From the NCBI GenBank assembly GCA_934365195.1, contig CAKRNA010000006.1:72962-136961 (forward strand): DNA of 64,000 nt, given 5' to 3'. This DNA comes from an uncultured Clostridia bacterium (GTDB lineage Bacteria; Bacillota; Clostridia; Christensenellales; CAAEEZ01). Under the pieces are notes generated by a model. The model was not told the DNA's origin. It was given only the letters and a program-made list of their open reading frames with translations, and did not search any database. The position numbers were made by a program, and so were the translations under genes. Shown here in pieces: positions 28,336-37,967 of this stretch. How positions within the stretch are numbered: position 1 is the first letter of the stretch; each line of letters begins with the position of its first letter.

Positions 28336-28797
28336 TCAGCCTCTCACAAGGGGCGAAGTGGTAAAAGACGAAATTATTAAATCTGCAAGATATTTACCAA
28401 AAGCGGAGATAAACTCGGGTTTCACGCTACGTAAAACGCCGATTACGTCGGTTGAGTAATAATTTACAACGCCAAGGATACCCACGTCGCCAAGTTTAGT
28501 AGCGCTTTTATTTATAGCGCCCGGAGGCTTTAATCCGCCCTTAGTTATCTTCACCGTGCCGATAGGTTCTTGTTTGCTTAGCCCCGCATCTATTACGACA
28601 AGCAGGCTGTTTTTGTGTGTTTCTTTGATAAAATTAACGTAGGAAGAAAGGTTTTTTGCGTTCACGTTGCGCAAAGAAGTGCCGTACACGTAGCAGGGTA
28701 AATTGCTACAAGACAGATAATCCCCGATAACAGGAGCAAGCGAATCGCCTACTACGTTACTTGTTCCCACGCATAAAAATACTAATTGTTTGTTCAT
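28336..28797 (-). CDS. yyaC: YyaC-family putative sporulation protease
   Basis: FLCVGTSNVVGDSLAPVIG resembles the YyaC signature (CIGTDRSTGDSLGP). Confidence 0.65.
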   Translation of the reverse strand: MNKQLVFLCVGTSNVVGDSLAPVIGDYLSCSNLPCYVYGTSLRNVNAKNLSSYVNFIKETHKNSLLVVIDAGLSKQEPIGTVKITKGGLKPPGAINKSATKLGDVGILGVVNYYSTDVIGVLRSVKPEFISAFGKYLADLIISSFTTSPLVRG

Positions 28798-28986
28798 AAT
28801 TTACCTCGAAAAGAGTATTACCAAACAAAAATCTTTAATACTTATAAGAGGGCAGGCAAAATTTATAAAAAAACCGATTTTTTTAGAAAATAATTAGAAA
28901 ATAGGTAAAAAACAATAACAGGGTTGTAAATATAATTATTGTTATGTTATAATTATCAATGTTATAAATGACAAATAGGAGGAGAT

Positions 28987-29757
28987 ATGGCATATTCAAT
29001 GCTAGCGTCCACCGTACCATATTTAGATATAGCAATCGGCGTAATCGTAGGAATAGGATTACTGATTGGCGCAATACGAGGATTTGGTAAGGCACTTAAA
29101 AATTCGTTTATTATCATCGTACTTATTTCCTTGCTTCTAAGCGGAGTAACCGCAACGGGATTAAAGGGTTCGTCAATCGGTGCGTCCATTACCTCGTCGC
29201 TTACTACAAGTTTGGAGTCGGCAGGCGGAGAGGCAGCAACCACGCCTATCCAGTACGACGAGGAAAACAATAGATATTACGTAGAACTTGAAGGGGAAGA
29301 AGTAGAGGTTGCCGAGGCTTTAAAGTCCACAAACCTTAAATGGCTGTCGCTTATAGTTAAACTTACGCTACCTAAAATTATGAAAGGCGAGTCGGGAATT
29401 TCGCTTGTGGAAAAAGTAGCCCCTGCATTAACGAATATTATCTTTTTTGTAATAGCCTTCGTGCTGCTGTGTATAGTTATCAAAATTTTGTTTATAATTT
29501 TGAACAAATTGTACCAAGGACTACTGGAAAGAACGTACGTTTTAAAGGTGTTAGACAAGGTGCTTGGTTCGGTTTATAGCGGCATAAAAGGTGTGGTACT
29601 TGTGATTATAGGAATGGCAATAGTGGGCTTTGTTGCATCGTTAAATTTCCCTGCGGCAAGTGTTCTAGCGGAGCAAATAGAGATTTCCACCATGGGCAAA
29701 TGGCTTGTGGAAAACAATCTTTTAGGGCAAATCTTTTCTAAATTATTCGGGGTGTAA
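28987..29757 (+). CDS. CvpA-like integral membrane protein
   Basis: N-terminal YLDIAIGVIVGIGLLIGAIRGFGKAL resembles the CvpA family; several TM segments. Confidence 0.5.
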   Translation: MAYSMLASTVPYLDIAIGVIVGIGLLIGAIRGFGKALKNSFIIIVLISLLLSGVTATGLKGSSIGASITSSLTTSLESAGGEAATTPIQYDEENNRYYVELEGEEVEVAEALKSTNLKWLSLIVKLTLPKIMKGESGISLVEKVAPALTNIIFFVIAFVLLCIVIKILFIILNKLYQGLLERTYVLKVLDKVLGSVYSGIKGVVLVIIGMAIVGFVASLNFPAASVLAEQIEISTMGKWLVENNLLGQIFSKLFGV

Positions 29758-29759
29758 AT

Positions 29760-30986
29760 ATGGGAAAGTTTTTTTCGGGGTTTTTGACCGGTATAATAGT
29801 ATTACTTTTAGTACTCTGCATTGCGTTCTACGTGGTTTTTGCAGTAGTACCGCTTTCTACTATCGAGGGAATGTTTGGCATAGACCTTACTCCCGGTGAA
29901 GATAATAAGAACGCAGACAAGTCCATTTACGAGATGGGACAACTCGTTATAGGCACGGTGACTAATTTGCAGGCAACCAGCCTAAACGACGTGAAGGACA
30001 AATTCGGGATAGACGTTATCAGCATACTTAAAAAGTCGCTTGGCGAGGACAAGAATTACGACTGCTTAAAGGACGTTATGGCGGCAAAACTTCCTGACGT
30101 ATTTTCAAAAGTTAAGGAAATAAAAACGGGCGATATTATGGGGCTTGTAGGTTTTAGTTTCAACGAGGAAGTTCCTAAGGAAAAGAGCCTAAAAGATATA
30201 CTTGCGCCTATGCTAAACGCAAGCATACAGGATATGACTAGCGGCACGACCAACGTGTTTGAGGACGTTATTAACGGCATTACGATAGGCAACCTAAGAG
30301 GGCTTGATAGTACGCTACTACCTAGCGACGTGCCTATGTTCGAGGATAATGAGGTGAACAATAAAAGGACGCTTATGGACGTTATGAAGGGGCTACAAGA
30401 AGGTTCTGCCGAGCCCGTAACCCTTGGCGACGTACTAAAAATCACCGATAGTTCGCCACTAATATTAAAGGCGCTAAAAGACGAGCCTGTTATGAAGATA
30501 TCAACGGCTATCAACAACTTCACTCTTGGCGATATTTTAGAAATAGATGAAACAAACGTAAATACGCCGATGATATTAAAGGCTTTAAAAGGAACAAAGA
30601 TACAAGAAATTAGCACTCGTATAAATTCGCTAAAATTAAACGAAATTATAGCGATTGATATGGAGAGCGCCGATACGCCGCAATTGTTAAAAACTCTTGC
30701 GAACGAGAATGTAACGACGATTGATAAAACAATAAATAATTTGACGTTAGGTCAAGTAATCGATACTACCAAGAGCGGATTACTTACCGAATTAAAGGAT
30801 ACGAAAATCAGTAATATCCAAACGGAAATGCCACAAAAAGTAAGAGCGGCGACGCTAGATAAATTAAAAGAATGGGAAATGATTGACGAGAATATGAATC
30901 TAGATAAGACAATCTACGGGCAAAGGCTTGGCGATATGACGTTAGATGATATAATGACGTATATCAACAATTTGCCGGCGACGTAA
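29760..30986 (+). CDS. Membrane-anchored protein with four ~36-aa internal repeats
   Basis: One N-terminal TM segment; the repeat LGD(V/I)L.I(D)....P.ILKALK......IST.IN occupies aa 221-365. Confidence 0.6.
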   Translation: MGKFFSGFLTGIIVLLLVLCIAFYVVFAVVPLSTIEGMFGIDLTPGEDNKNADKSIYEMGQLVIGTVTNLQATSLNDVKDKFGIDVISILKKSLGEDKNYDCLKDVMAAKLPDVFSKVKEIKTGDIMGLVGFSFNEEVPKEKSLKDILAPMLNASIQDMTSGTTNVFEDVINGITIGNLRGLDSTLLPSDVPMFEDNEVNNKRTLMDVMKGLQEGSAEPVTLGDVLKITDSSPLILKALKDEPVMKISTAINNFTLGDILEIDETNVNTPMILKALKGTKIQEISTRINSLKLNEIIAIDMESADTPQLLKTLANENVTTIDKTINNLTLGQVIDTTKSGLLTELKDTKISNIQTEMPQKVRAATLDKLKEWEMIDENMNLDKTIYGQRLGDMTLDDIMTYINNLPAT

Positions 30987-31037
30987 ATAAAAGGAGGTTA
31001 GCCTCCTTTTTTGGTAAATAGTTATAGCGAAGAGAAA

Positions 31038-31583
31038 ATGGAAATTAAAGAAATTGTAAAAGACGACCTTGCGGTATTACAAGATATTTGCGTAAGCACC
31101 GCCTCGGGAATATATAAGGATAAGCCAGAGCAAACCAAACTGCTGTTTTTGGACTACTACGTCCTTTACGGCATAGGTTACAAACTAATTTGCGGAAAGA
31201 ATACGGTTGGATACGCAATCGCAAGCGAGGATTATAAAAAGTACGTAAAGGTATACAAAGCGGAGTTTTTGTTAAGATTAAAGGAAATAGACAAGGCGGA
31301 GTACTTAAAGAAAAAGGCGGAACTCGTGCTTGATAAAAGGCTTGGCAGAAAGTATCCTGCGCACCTTCATATCGATATTTTAGAGGGGTATCAAGGTAAA
31401 GGCAACGGCTCGAAACTACTTAGTGCGCTTCTTGATAGGCTAAAAGCGGACGGGGTAAAGGGCGTGTGGCTTGGCGTGGACGTTAAAAACGAGAGGGCAA
31501 TAAACTTTTACCTAAAACACGGCTTTAAAAAGCATCGGCTACTTGGTAGAAACGGAGTTTACGTGAAGAAATTAAGTGATTAA
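31038..31583 (+). CDS. GNAT family N-acetyltransferase
   Basis: GYQGKGNGSKLL acetyl-CoA motif. The start is moved to the ATG because the ORF-track TTG lies in the upstream terminator. Confidence 0.7.
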   Translation: MEIKEIVKDDLAVLQDICVSTASGIYKDKPEQTKLLFLDYYVLYGIGYKLICGKNTVGYAIASEDYKKYVKVYKAEFLLRLKEIDKAEYLKKKAELVLDKRLGRKYPAHLHIDILEGYQGKGNGSKLLSALLDRLKADGVKGVWLGVDVKNERAINFYLKHGFKKHRLLGRNGVYVKKLSD

Positions 31584-31598
31584 CAAAGAAAAATCAAC

Positions 31599-31626
31599 TT
31601 GACAATAACATAGAATATTGTATAAT
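31599..31626 (+). promoter_or_regulatory. Promoter of the cysS leader (TTGACA-N16-TATAAT)
   Basis: Read directly. Confidence 0.65.
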
Positions 31627-31639
31627 ATTATTACAAACT

Positions 31640-31842
31640 AATAAATGCGTAGGCAGTAAGATTAAGCGTAAGCCTTTTTTACAGAGAATGGAAGTAACCT
31701 GCTGAAAACTTCCTAAAAAGTCCCGCCCAAGTGCGACTGCTTAGCAGAGCGAAGGAAATGTCGCTACGTATGGCTGCGTTAAAGTTTACAAGTAAATTAA
31801 GGTGGAACAACGACTATCGTCCTTATTTAAGGGCGATTTTTT
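31640..31842 (+). ncRNA. T-box leader (Cys specifier TGC) with terminator
   Basis: AGAGA and GAAGTAA stem I elements are present, and UGC sits in ...CCAAGUGCGA.... The T-box-like AAATTAAGGTGGAACAACG is followed by terminator ATCGTCC-N8-GGGCGAT-T5. The ORF-track 5' extension of cysS runs through this leader. Confidence 0.7.
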
Positions 31843-31859
31843 ATATAAGGAGAGTAAAA

Positions 31860-33248
31860 ATGCTAAGTCTTTACAACACGCTTACAAGAAAAAAAGAGGA
31901 ATTCATGCCGATTGCGGATAACAAAGTAACTATGTATTCGTGCGGACCTACCGTGTACAGTTTTGCACATATCGGCAATATGCGTACCTATATTTTTATG
32001 GATATTTTGCGCAGAGTACTTAAGTACGACGGGTTCAAACTAAAAGGCGTAATGAATATAACCGACGTAGGTCACCTTCAATCCGATGCCGACGAGGGCG
32101 AGGACAAGATGGAAAAAGCCGCTAAAAAGGAGCAAAAAAGCCCTTACGAAATAGCGGAGTTTTACACCAAAGTGTTCTTTGAGGATTTGGAAAAGTTAAA
32201 TATCGCAAAGCCTGAAATAATTGCAAAAGCCACCGACCACATTGACGATATGATAAAGTACGTGGAAAAACTTATCGAAAAGGGCTACGCTTACGAAACC
32301 AGCGACGGAATTTACTACGATATATCAAAATTCCCTAAGTATGGTCAACTTTCTAGGTTGAATTTAGACGAGCAAATCGCAGGCGCAAGGGTGGAGGTAA
32401 ACCCTGAAAAGCGCAATCCGTACGACTTTGCCGTTTGGAAAAAAGCACCAAAGGAACACATTATGCAATGGCCTTCGCCTTGGGGGATGGGCTATCCGGG
32501 TTGGCATATCGAGTGCTCGGCAATGAGCATTAAGTATCTTGGTCAACACTTCGATATTCACACGGGCGGTGTGGACCATATTCCTGTTCACCACGAAAAC
32601 GAGATTGCGCAAAACGAGGCAATCACGGGCAAAAAGAGTGTAAACTTCTGGTGTCACGGCGAATTTATGCTTGTAAATAACGGCAAAATGAGTAAGAGCC
32701 TAGGCAACGTGTACACGATAAGCGAACTTGAACAAAAGGGTTACGAGCCGCTTGTGTACAGATACTTCTGTCTAAACGCACACTACAGAAACAAACTAAA
32801 CTTCACTTTCGAGGGTATGGACGGGGCAAAAACGTCGTATAACAGATTGCTTGGCTTGTTGTACCAACACAAAACCTCAAACGCTCCTACCGAAAAGGCG
32901 GTTATTGACGGCTACCTAGAGGAGTTTAAAGAGGCAATCAACGACGATTTGAACTTGCCACTTGCACTTGGCGTACTTTGGAAAGCGGTTAAAGAGCCAA
33001 AGAGCAAGGATATTTACGATTTAGCATTAGAAATGGACAAAGTGTTCGGTTTAAGGCTAAACGAGGCAAAAGCGCCTAAGGTGGACACGGCTGATATCCC
33101 TAGCGAAGTAATGGAACTTGTAGAAAAGAGAAAAGAGGCAAAAGCCGAGAAGGACTGGGCAAAAGCCGACGAGTACAGAAACGAAATTACAAAACTTGGC
33201 TACCAAGTAAAAGACACCAAAGAGGGTGTGGAGATAACAAAACTTTAA
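31860..33248 (+). CDS. cysS: Cysteine--tRNA ligase
   Basis: The start is set at MLSLYNT after AGGAGAG. HIGH-type motif (AHIGN) and KMSKS are present. Confidence 0.95.
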   Translation: MLSLYNTLTRKKEEFMPIADNKVTMYSCGPTVYSFAHIGNMRTYIFMDILRRVLKYDGFKLKGVMNITDVGHLQSDADEGEDKMEKAAKKEQKSPYEIAEFYTKVFFEDLEKLNIAKPEIIAKATDHIDDMIKYVEKLIEKGYAYETSDGIYYDISKFPKYGQLSRLNLDEQIAGARVEVNPEKRNPYDFAVWKKAPKEHIMQWPSPWGMGYPGWHIECSAMSIKYLGQHFDIHTGGVDHIPVHHENEIAQNEAITGKKSVNFWCHGEFMLVNNGKMSKSLGNVYTISELEQKGYEPLVYRYFCLNAHYRNKLNFTFEGMDGAKTSYNRLLGLLYQHKTSNAPTEKAVIDGYLEEFKEAINDDLNLPLALGVLWKAVKEPKSKDIYDLALEMDKVFGLRLNEAKAPKVDTADIPSEVMELVEKRKEAKAEKDWAKADEYRNEITKLGYQVKDTKEGVEITKL

Positions 33249-33290
33249 AAAGAATTTAATTATAGGGAATAATTAAGATTTTTGCTAATT

Positions 33291-33329
33291 AAGAAAGGGC
33301 GCATTTTTGCGTCCTTTCTTAACTTTTTT
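33291..33329 (+). terminator. Intrinsic terminator after cysS
   Basis: 12-bp stem AAGAAAGGGCGC/GCGTCCTTTCTT, then AACTTTTTT. Confidence 0.75.
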
Positions 33330-33596
33330 GGTTAAATTTGGTTTTAAAATCGTCACCGTGGTATAGCAAGGTCATAACCATCATAACCGTGGCTTTAAAG
33401 CAAGGTGAAATTGTGACTTTTATGCTAAAAAACAAGGCGTATTTTTCCAAAAATTTGCTTATTTACCCATTAAAAAAGTCGATTATTTAGAAAACAACCC
33501 TTACGATAAACGTGATTAAGCACGCACGTAAAACGCCAAATCGCTAGTAAATAGCGGGGATTAAGGCTATTATTTTTTTAATTAACCGTGCACGAA

Positions 33597-34472
33597 TTAG
33601 TCAAAACGCTTGTTTTTGCAGTCCACGAATATAGAATTTTGAATGCTGGAAAGTTTTTTGTTTTTGTGAGTTATAATGTAAGCCACTCTGTCTAGGTCCT
33701 CGTCCGTTATTTTGAAGGCTTTTACTTGACCTCGCTCAACGTAAGGCGCAACGATATTTTCGGGCAAAACCGATACGCCTTGTCCCTCAATCACCGAGGA
33801 GATAATCGCTTGGTTACTAATAGATTCCATCGTAGGCGTTGCAGTAAGTCCGTTTAGGGCAAGCAAACTGTCTAGGTAGTCACGAGAGGCGCTGCCTTTT
33901 TCTCTTAGTAGTAGGTCGCAAGAGTTCAATTCTTGCAAGGTAAGTTCCTCTTTTTTTAGGTAGTTAGCCCCGCTTATTGCAATCAGCCTGTCACGGTCGA
34001 ACTCAAAAGAGAGGATATTTGGCGAGTGTACCGAGGTTTCCACTATCGCAAAGTCGAGGTTGCCTAAGGACAGTTCCTTTTCAATCACCGACGCCTTGTC
34101 AATTTTAAGCACGGGCTTTACGGTAGGGTAGTTTTCCCTTAGGTTTTTAAGTATTTTAGGCACGAATTGTTTGCCTATTGTCACCGACGTACCTATTTTA
34201 ATCGTGGAAGTGTAGTCGCCGTTAAACGCAAGGTTTTCAAATTCGTCAAAGCATTCCACCACGTCTTTTGCCTTAAAATACAGGTCTTTTCCCGCCTCGG
34301 TAATCACAAGGCGCTGTTTTATCCTGTCGAAAAGCACCACGTCGTAGTATTTTTCCATTTCGCTTATCGTTTGGCTAACGGCAGGTTGGGCAACCCTAAG
34401 TTCTTTGGCTGCCGCTGTAATTCCCCCGCATTTTATTACTGCAATAAAAGTTTTTAAGTGTCTTATCGTCAT
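33597..34472 (-). CDS. LysR family transcriptional regulator, divergent from citrate synthase
   Basis: N-terminal HTH MTIRHLKTFIAVIKCGGITAAAKELRVAQPAVSQ. Confidence 0.85.
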   Translation of the reverse strand: MTIRHLKTFIAVIKCGGITAAAKELRVAQPAVSQTISEMEKYYDVVLFDRIKQRLVITEAGKDLYFKAKDVVECFDEFENLAFNGDYTSTIKIGTSVTIGKQFVPKILKNLRENYPTVKPVLKIDKASVIEKELSLGNLDFAIVETSVHSPNILSFEFDRDRLIAISGANYLKKEELTLQELNSCDLLLREKGSASRDYLDSLLALNGLTATPTMESISNQAIISSVIEGQGVSVLPENIVAPYVERGQVKAFKITDEDLDRVAYIITHKNKKLSSIQNSIFVDCKNKRFD

Positions 34473-34579
34473 AGTTCATAACCTTTTACTTATCAATGTT
34501 ATAACATTATAATATTTTATAAAACAGTTGTCAAGTTGTATAATAGAAAGGTAGTAGTAATAAGGAGGTGTGTAAAACT

Positions 34580-35941
34580 ATGAGGAACAACTATTCAGAA
34601 ATCACACCATACGTTAGGGAACTGGCAAAGGCGTCGGACAGGCGCAACAAAATCGCTCCCGAATGGTATGCAAAATACGACGTAAAAAAGGGGCTTAGGG
34701 ATATAAACGGCAACGGCATCGTGGCAGGGCTTACCGAGATATCCAAAATCAAAGCAAAGGACGTGGACGAGGACGGCAACAAAATTCCTTGCGAGGGCGA
34801 ACTATTTTATAGGGGCGTGAACGTAAAGGACATAGTAGAGGGCTTTTCTAAGGAGAACAGGCACGGCTTTGAGGAAGTGACCTACCTATTGCTTTCGTCA
34901 AAACTACCAACCTCAAAACAACTTAGAGAGTTTGAGGAGGAACTTAGCGAACTTAGGTGCTTGCCGCCTAGTTTTGTTAGGGATATGATACTAAAAGCGC
35001 CGGGAAAAAGCGTGATGAATATGCTGTCTAGGTGCGTGCTTGCCTTGTATTCTTACGACGATTATCCGGACGACACGTCTACGGCGAACGTACTAAGGCA
35101 ATGCTTAAAACTTATTGCAGAGTTTCCACTTCTTGCGGTGTACTCTTACCTATCGCAACAGCACTATCACAACGAAAAAACGCTGGTAATCCACTATCCG
35201 AAAAAGGAGTACGACACGGCGGAAAATATATTGTACCTTCTTCGTGAGGACGGCAAGTTCACCGAACTTGAAGCAAAAATTCTTGACCTTGCGCTTGTTC
35301 TACACGCAGAGCACGGTGGCGGTAACAACAGCACGTTTACCACCCACGTAGTTAGTTCGTCAGGCACGGATACTTACTCGGCAATAGCGGCGGCACTTGG
35401 CTCTTTGAAAGGGCCAAAACACGGCGGCGCAAACATAAAGGTTGTGGAAATGTTCGACGATATGAAAAAGAACGTTGACGTTAAGAATCCGGCAAAAGTC
35501 GAGGTTTATCTACGCAAATTGTTAAATAAAGAGGCGTTTGATAAGCAAGGGCTAATTTACGGTATGGGGCACGCAGTGTATTCTTTGTCCGATCCAAGAG
35601 CCGAAATACTGAAAAGTTACGTAAAAGAGTTGTCGGTGGAAAAGGGCATGGAAGAGGAATTTAAACTGTACGAAACCGTGGCTGAAATTGCGCCAAGAAT
35701 TATCGCTGAAAAAAGGCACATGTACAAGGGCGTTAGCGCAAATATCGACTTTTACTCGGGGCTGGTGTACAAAATTTTGGGCTTACCGTACGAATTGTAC
35801 ACACCGATTTTCGCAATAGCCAGAATATCGGGCTGGAGCGCACATAGGATAGAGGAACTACAATGCGCAGGCAAAATCATTCGTCCTGCTTACGTATCTG
35901 TAAAGCAAAACAAAAAGTACGTTCCTATCCACGATAGATAA
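34580..35941 (+). CDS. Citrate synthase family protein
   Basis: The start is set at the ATG after AAGGAGG. Motifs GMGHAVY and HGGGNNS are typical of citrate (or 2-methylcitrate) synthases. Confidence 0.8.
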   Translation: MRNNYSEITPYVRELAKASDRRNKIAPEWYAKYDVKKGLRDINGNGIVAGLTEISKIKAKDVDEDGNKIPCEGELFYRGVNVKDIVEGFSKENRHGFEEVTYLLLSSKLPTSKQLREFEEELSELRCLPPSFVRDMILKAPGKSVMNMLSRCVLALYSYDDYPDDTSTANVLRQCLKLIAEFPLLAVYSYLSQQHYHNEKTLVIHYPKKEYDTAENILYLLREDGKFTELEAKILDLALVLHAEHGGGNNSTFTTHVVSSSGTDTYSAIAAALGSLKGPKHGGANIKVVEMFDDMKKNVDVKNPAKVEVYLRKLLNKEAFDKQGLIYGMGHAVYSLSDPRAEILKSYVKELSVEKGMEEEFKLYETVAEIAPRIIAEKRHMYKGVSANIDFYSGLVYKILGLPYELYTPIFAIARISGWSAHRIEELQCAGKIIRPAYVSVKQNKKYVPIHDR

Positions 35942-36060
35942 GTAAATCATAATCTTCAAATAAACCACCAATATGAAACTAGGGGGCACTATGCCTCCTT
36001 TTTTCATTGTTTGAAATAAATTTTTTGATTAGGTAAATGTTGGAATAGAAAGACTGCTAA

Positions 36061-36177
36061 TTAAAGGTCGTCGGCGTCTTGAGTGGGGGTGGGAAACATT
36101 GTGGAGTTGCCGCTATAACTACCTAGCGGGGATTTTTTGTTGTAGGCGTCTATTACTTCTTTCACTTTTTTGTGCAT
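36061..36177 (-). CDS. Candidate 38-aa small protein (below the ORF-track cut-off)
   Basis: AAGGAGA RBS 4-5 nt before the ATG; MHKKVKEVIDAYNKKSPLGSYSGNSTMFPTPTQDADDL; higher GC than surrounding spacer. Confidence 0.35.
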   Translation of the reverse strand: MHKKVKEVIDAYNKKSPLGSYSGNSTMFPTPTQDADDL

Positions 36178-36286
36178 AATTTCTCCTTTTATTTACAAAT
36201 AGTATGGCAAATAAGCCGTAATTTATCCAAAAAGAAAAAAAGCGAAAAAAAGAAGAAGGAGTAAATTTTTGTCTTTAATTAAGTTA

Positions 36287-36332
36287 TTATTAGATAAATC
36301 TATTGTTATTAGATAATCTAATGTGATATAAT
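36287..36332 (+). promoter_or_regulatory. Two direct copies of TTATTAGATAA(A)TCTA overlapping an extended -10 promoter upstream of the permease. Each copy contains a TAGAT/ATCTA palindrome.
   Basis: Copies at 36287-36302 and 36306-36320; TGATATAAT at 36324-36332. Confidence 0.4.
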
Positions 36333-36367
36333 AAAAATAGTTTATTTTATTAAAAAGGAGTTTTATT

Positions 36368-37846
36368 ATGAAGTTTTCACAAAAGTTGGACAATTTCTTC
36401 GAAATTTCAGCAAGAAATTCAACGATTAAAACCGAAATAATGGGCGGTGTAACCACTTTCTTTGCAATGTGTTACATAATGTTTGTTAACCCAAGCACTA
36501 TGTCCGGAGTAAATAGTGGTGCAATTTATAATTCTATTTATATTGCTACTGCTATCGGTGCTATCGTTGGTACTTTGCTTATGGCATTCTATGCAAAAAT
36601 GCCTTATGCACAAGCATCAGGAATGGGACTAAACGCATTCTTCTTCACGTCGTTTATGCTATTTGGTTTCGGCGGAGCAAGTGCATTCTCAAACGAGGCT
36701 TATTTTGCAGGTCTATCGGTAATCTTTGTTGCAGGTCTTGTATTTATGTTCTTATCGGTTACCGGTTTAAGAAAGAAAATTGCAGAGGCTTTGCCTATGT
36801 GTCTTAAAAAGGCAGTTCCTGCAGGTATCGGTTTGTTTATTGCGTTTATCGGTTTGAAAAATGCCGGATTAGTTGCTGCTAATCAATTCACTTTCGTTCA
36901 ATTAGTTAACCTAAACGTATATACCGGCGGTGCTACTTGGTATGGCATTGCTCCTGCACTTGCAGCATTCTTCGGTTTCTTGTTTATTGCTGCTTTGTCT
37001 AAGACGAAACTTGCAAAAGCAAACGTAATCGTTGGTATTTTGTTCACAACTTGTTTGTACTACTTGTTTAATATCGGTAACGACGCTGCTTTTGCTGCTT
37101 TTAAAAACATTTTAAACCCTGGCGACACCTTTAAAGATTTCGGTCAATTAGGCGTTCAAGGTTGGTTCAAAGGTTTCTCTTACTGGACTGCTAATACTGC
37201 TATTTCGGTTATCTTGCTAGTTATCACTTTCTGCCTAGTAGATATGTTCGATACTTTAGGAACTTTACAAGGTACTGCTGCTGAGGCTGGTATGTTAGAC
37301 GAAAACGGCAACCCACAAAACTTAGACAAATGCTTATTTGCTGACTCTACCGCAACCGTTGTTGGCGCTATGATGGGTACTTCTACCGTAACCACTTTCG
37401 TTGAGTCTGCTTCAGGTGTTTCTGCAGGTGCTAGAACCGGTCTTGCAAGCGTAGTAACCGCATTCCTATTCTTTATAGCAATGTTCCTATCTCCACTTGC
37501 TGCTATGATTCCAAGCGCAGCAACTGCTCCTGCACTTATCTACGTTGGCGTATTGATGCTTAAGAACTTTAAGGAAGTTGACTTCAGCGACCTAACAAAC
37601 GCTGTTCCTGCATTCTTAACTCTAGTTATGATGCCTTTAACTTACAGCATTTCAAACGGTATCGCAGTAGGTATGATTTCTTACATGATTTTGAAATTAT
37701 TCAAAGTATTCTTCACCAAAGAGTACAGCGTAAAAGAGTACTTCATGATTAAGAAAGGCGAAAACGGGGAGTTCTTCTCTAAGGATATCATCATTTTAGT
37801 AATTGCTATCTTGTTTATCGTAAGATTCTTCATGGTAACAATGTAA
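36368..37846 (+). CDS. NCS2 (AzgA/PbuG-type) purine permease
   Basis: N-terminus FFEISARNSTIKTEIMGGVTTFFAMCYIMFVNP is typical of adenine/guanine/hypoxanthine permeases; multi-TM. Confidence 0.8.
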   Translation: MKFSQKLDNFFEISARNSTIKTEIMGGVTTFFAMCYIMFVNPSTMSGVNSGAIYNSIYIATAIGAIVGTLLMAFYAKMPYAQASGMGLNAFFFTSFMLFGFGGASAFSNEAYFAGLSVIFVAGLVFMFLSVTGLRKKIAEALPMCLKKAVPAGIGLFIAFIGLKNAGLVAANQFTFVQLVNLNVYTGGATWYGIAPALAAFFGFLFIAALSKTKLAKANVIVGILFTTCLYYLFNIGNDAAFAAFKNILNPGDTFKDFGQLGVQGWFKGFSYWTANTAISVILLVITFCLVDMFDTLGTLQGTAAEAGMLDENGNPQNLDKCLFADSTATVVGAMMGTSTVTTFVESASGVSAGARTGLASVVTAFLFFIAMFLSPLAAMIPSAATAPALIYVGVLMLKNFKEVDFSDLTNAVPAFLTLVMMPLTYSISNGIAVGMISYMILKLFKVFFTKEYSVKEYFMIKKGENGEFFSKDIIILVIAILFIVRFFMVTM

Positions 37847-37861
37847 TTAAAATAAAATTAA

Positions 37862-37887
37862 AGTGGGCAATTTGCCCACTTTTTTTA
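37862..37887 (+). terminator. Intrinsic terminator after the permease
   Basis: AGTGGGCA-ATT-TGCCCACT followed by T7. Confidence 0.8.
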
Positions 37888-37921
37888 TGCCAAAAAACAA
37901 ATAAAACCGGTAAAAAACCAA

Positions 37922-37950
37922 CAAAAAAGAGGAGCAGCGCTCCTCCTTTA
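37922..37950 (-). terminator. Terminator after serS (hairpin GAGGAGC-AGC-GCTCCTC, flanked by A/T runs on both sides)
   Basis: Read directly. Confidence 0.65.
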
Positions 37951-37967
37951 TTTTTAAATGGTTTGAT

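Noticed and set aside
28953-28967. Exact 15-mer TTATCAATGTTATAA shared between the cvpA-like promoter (28953-28967) and the LysR/citrate synthase intergenic region (34490-34504), possibly a common LysR box (TTAT-N7-ATAA)
   Set aside because: A single 15-mer match in AT-rich promoter DNA is within chance expectation for a 64-kb window. It is worth a look only if a regulon scan supports it.
31731-31859. ORF-track N-terminal extension of cysS (43 extra aa)
   Set aside because: The extension runs through the T-box leader and its terminator. A good RBS precedes the internal ATG at 31860, where CysRS homology begins.
36180-36367. Expected purine riboswitch upstream of the NCS2 permease
   Set aside because: There is no conserved three-way-junction sequence. 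The region is purine-rich low-complexity DNA plus operator-like repeats.
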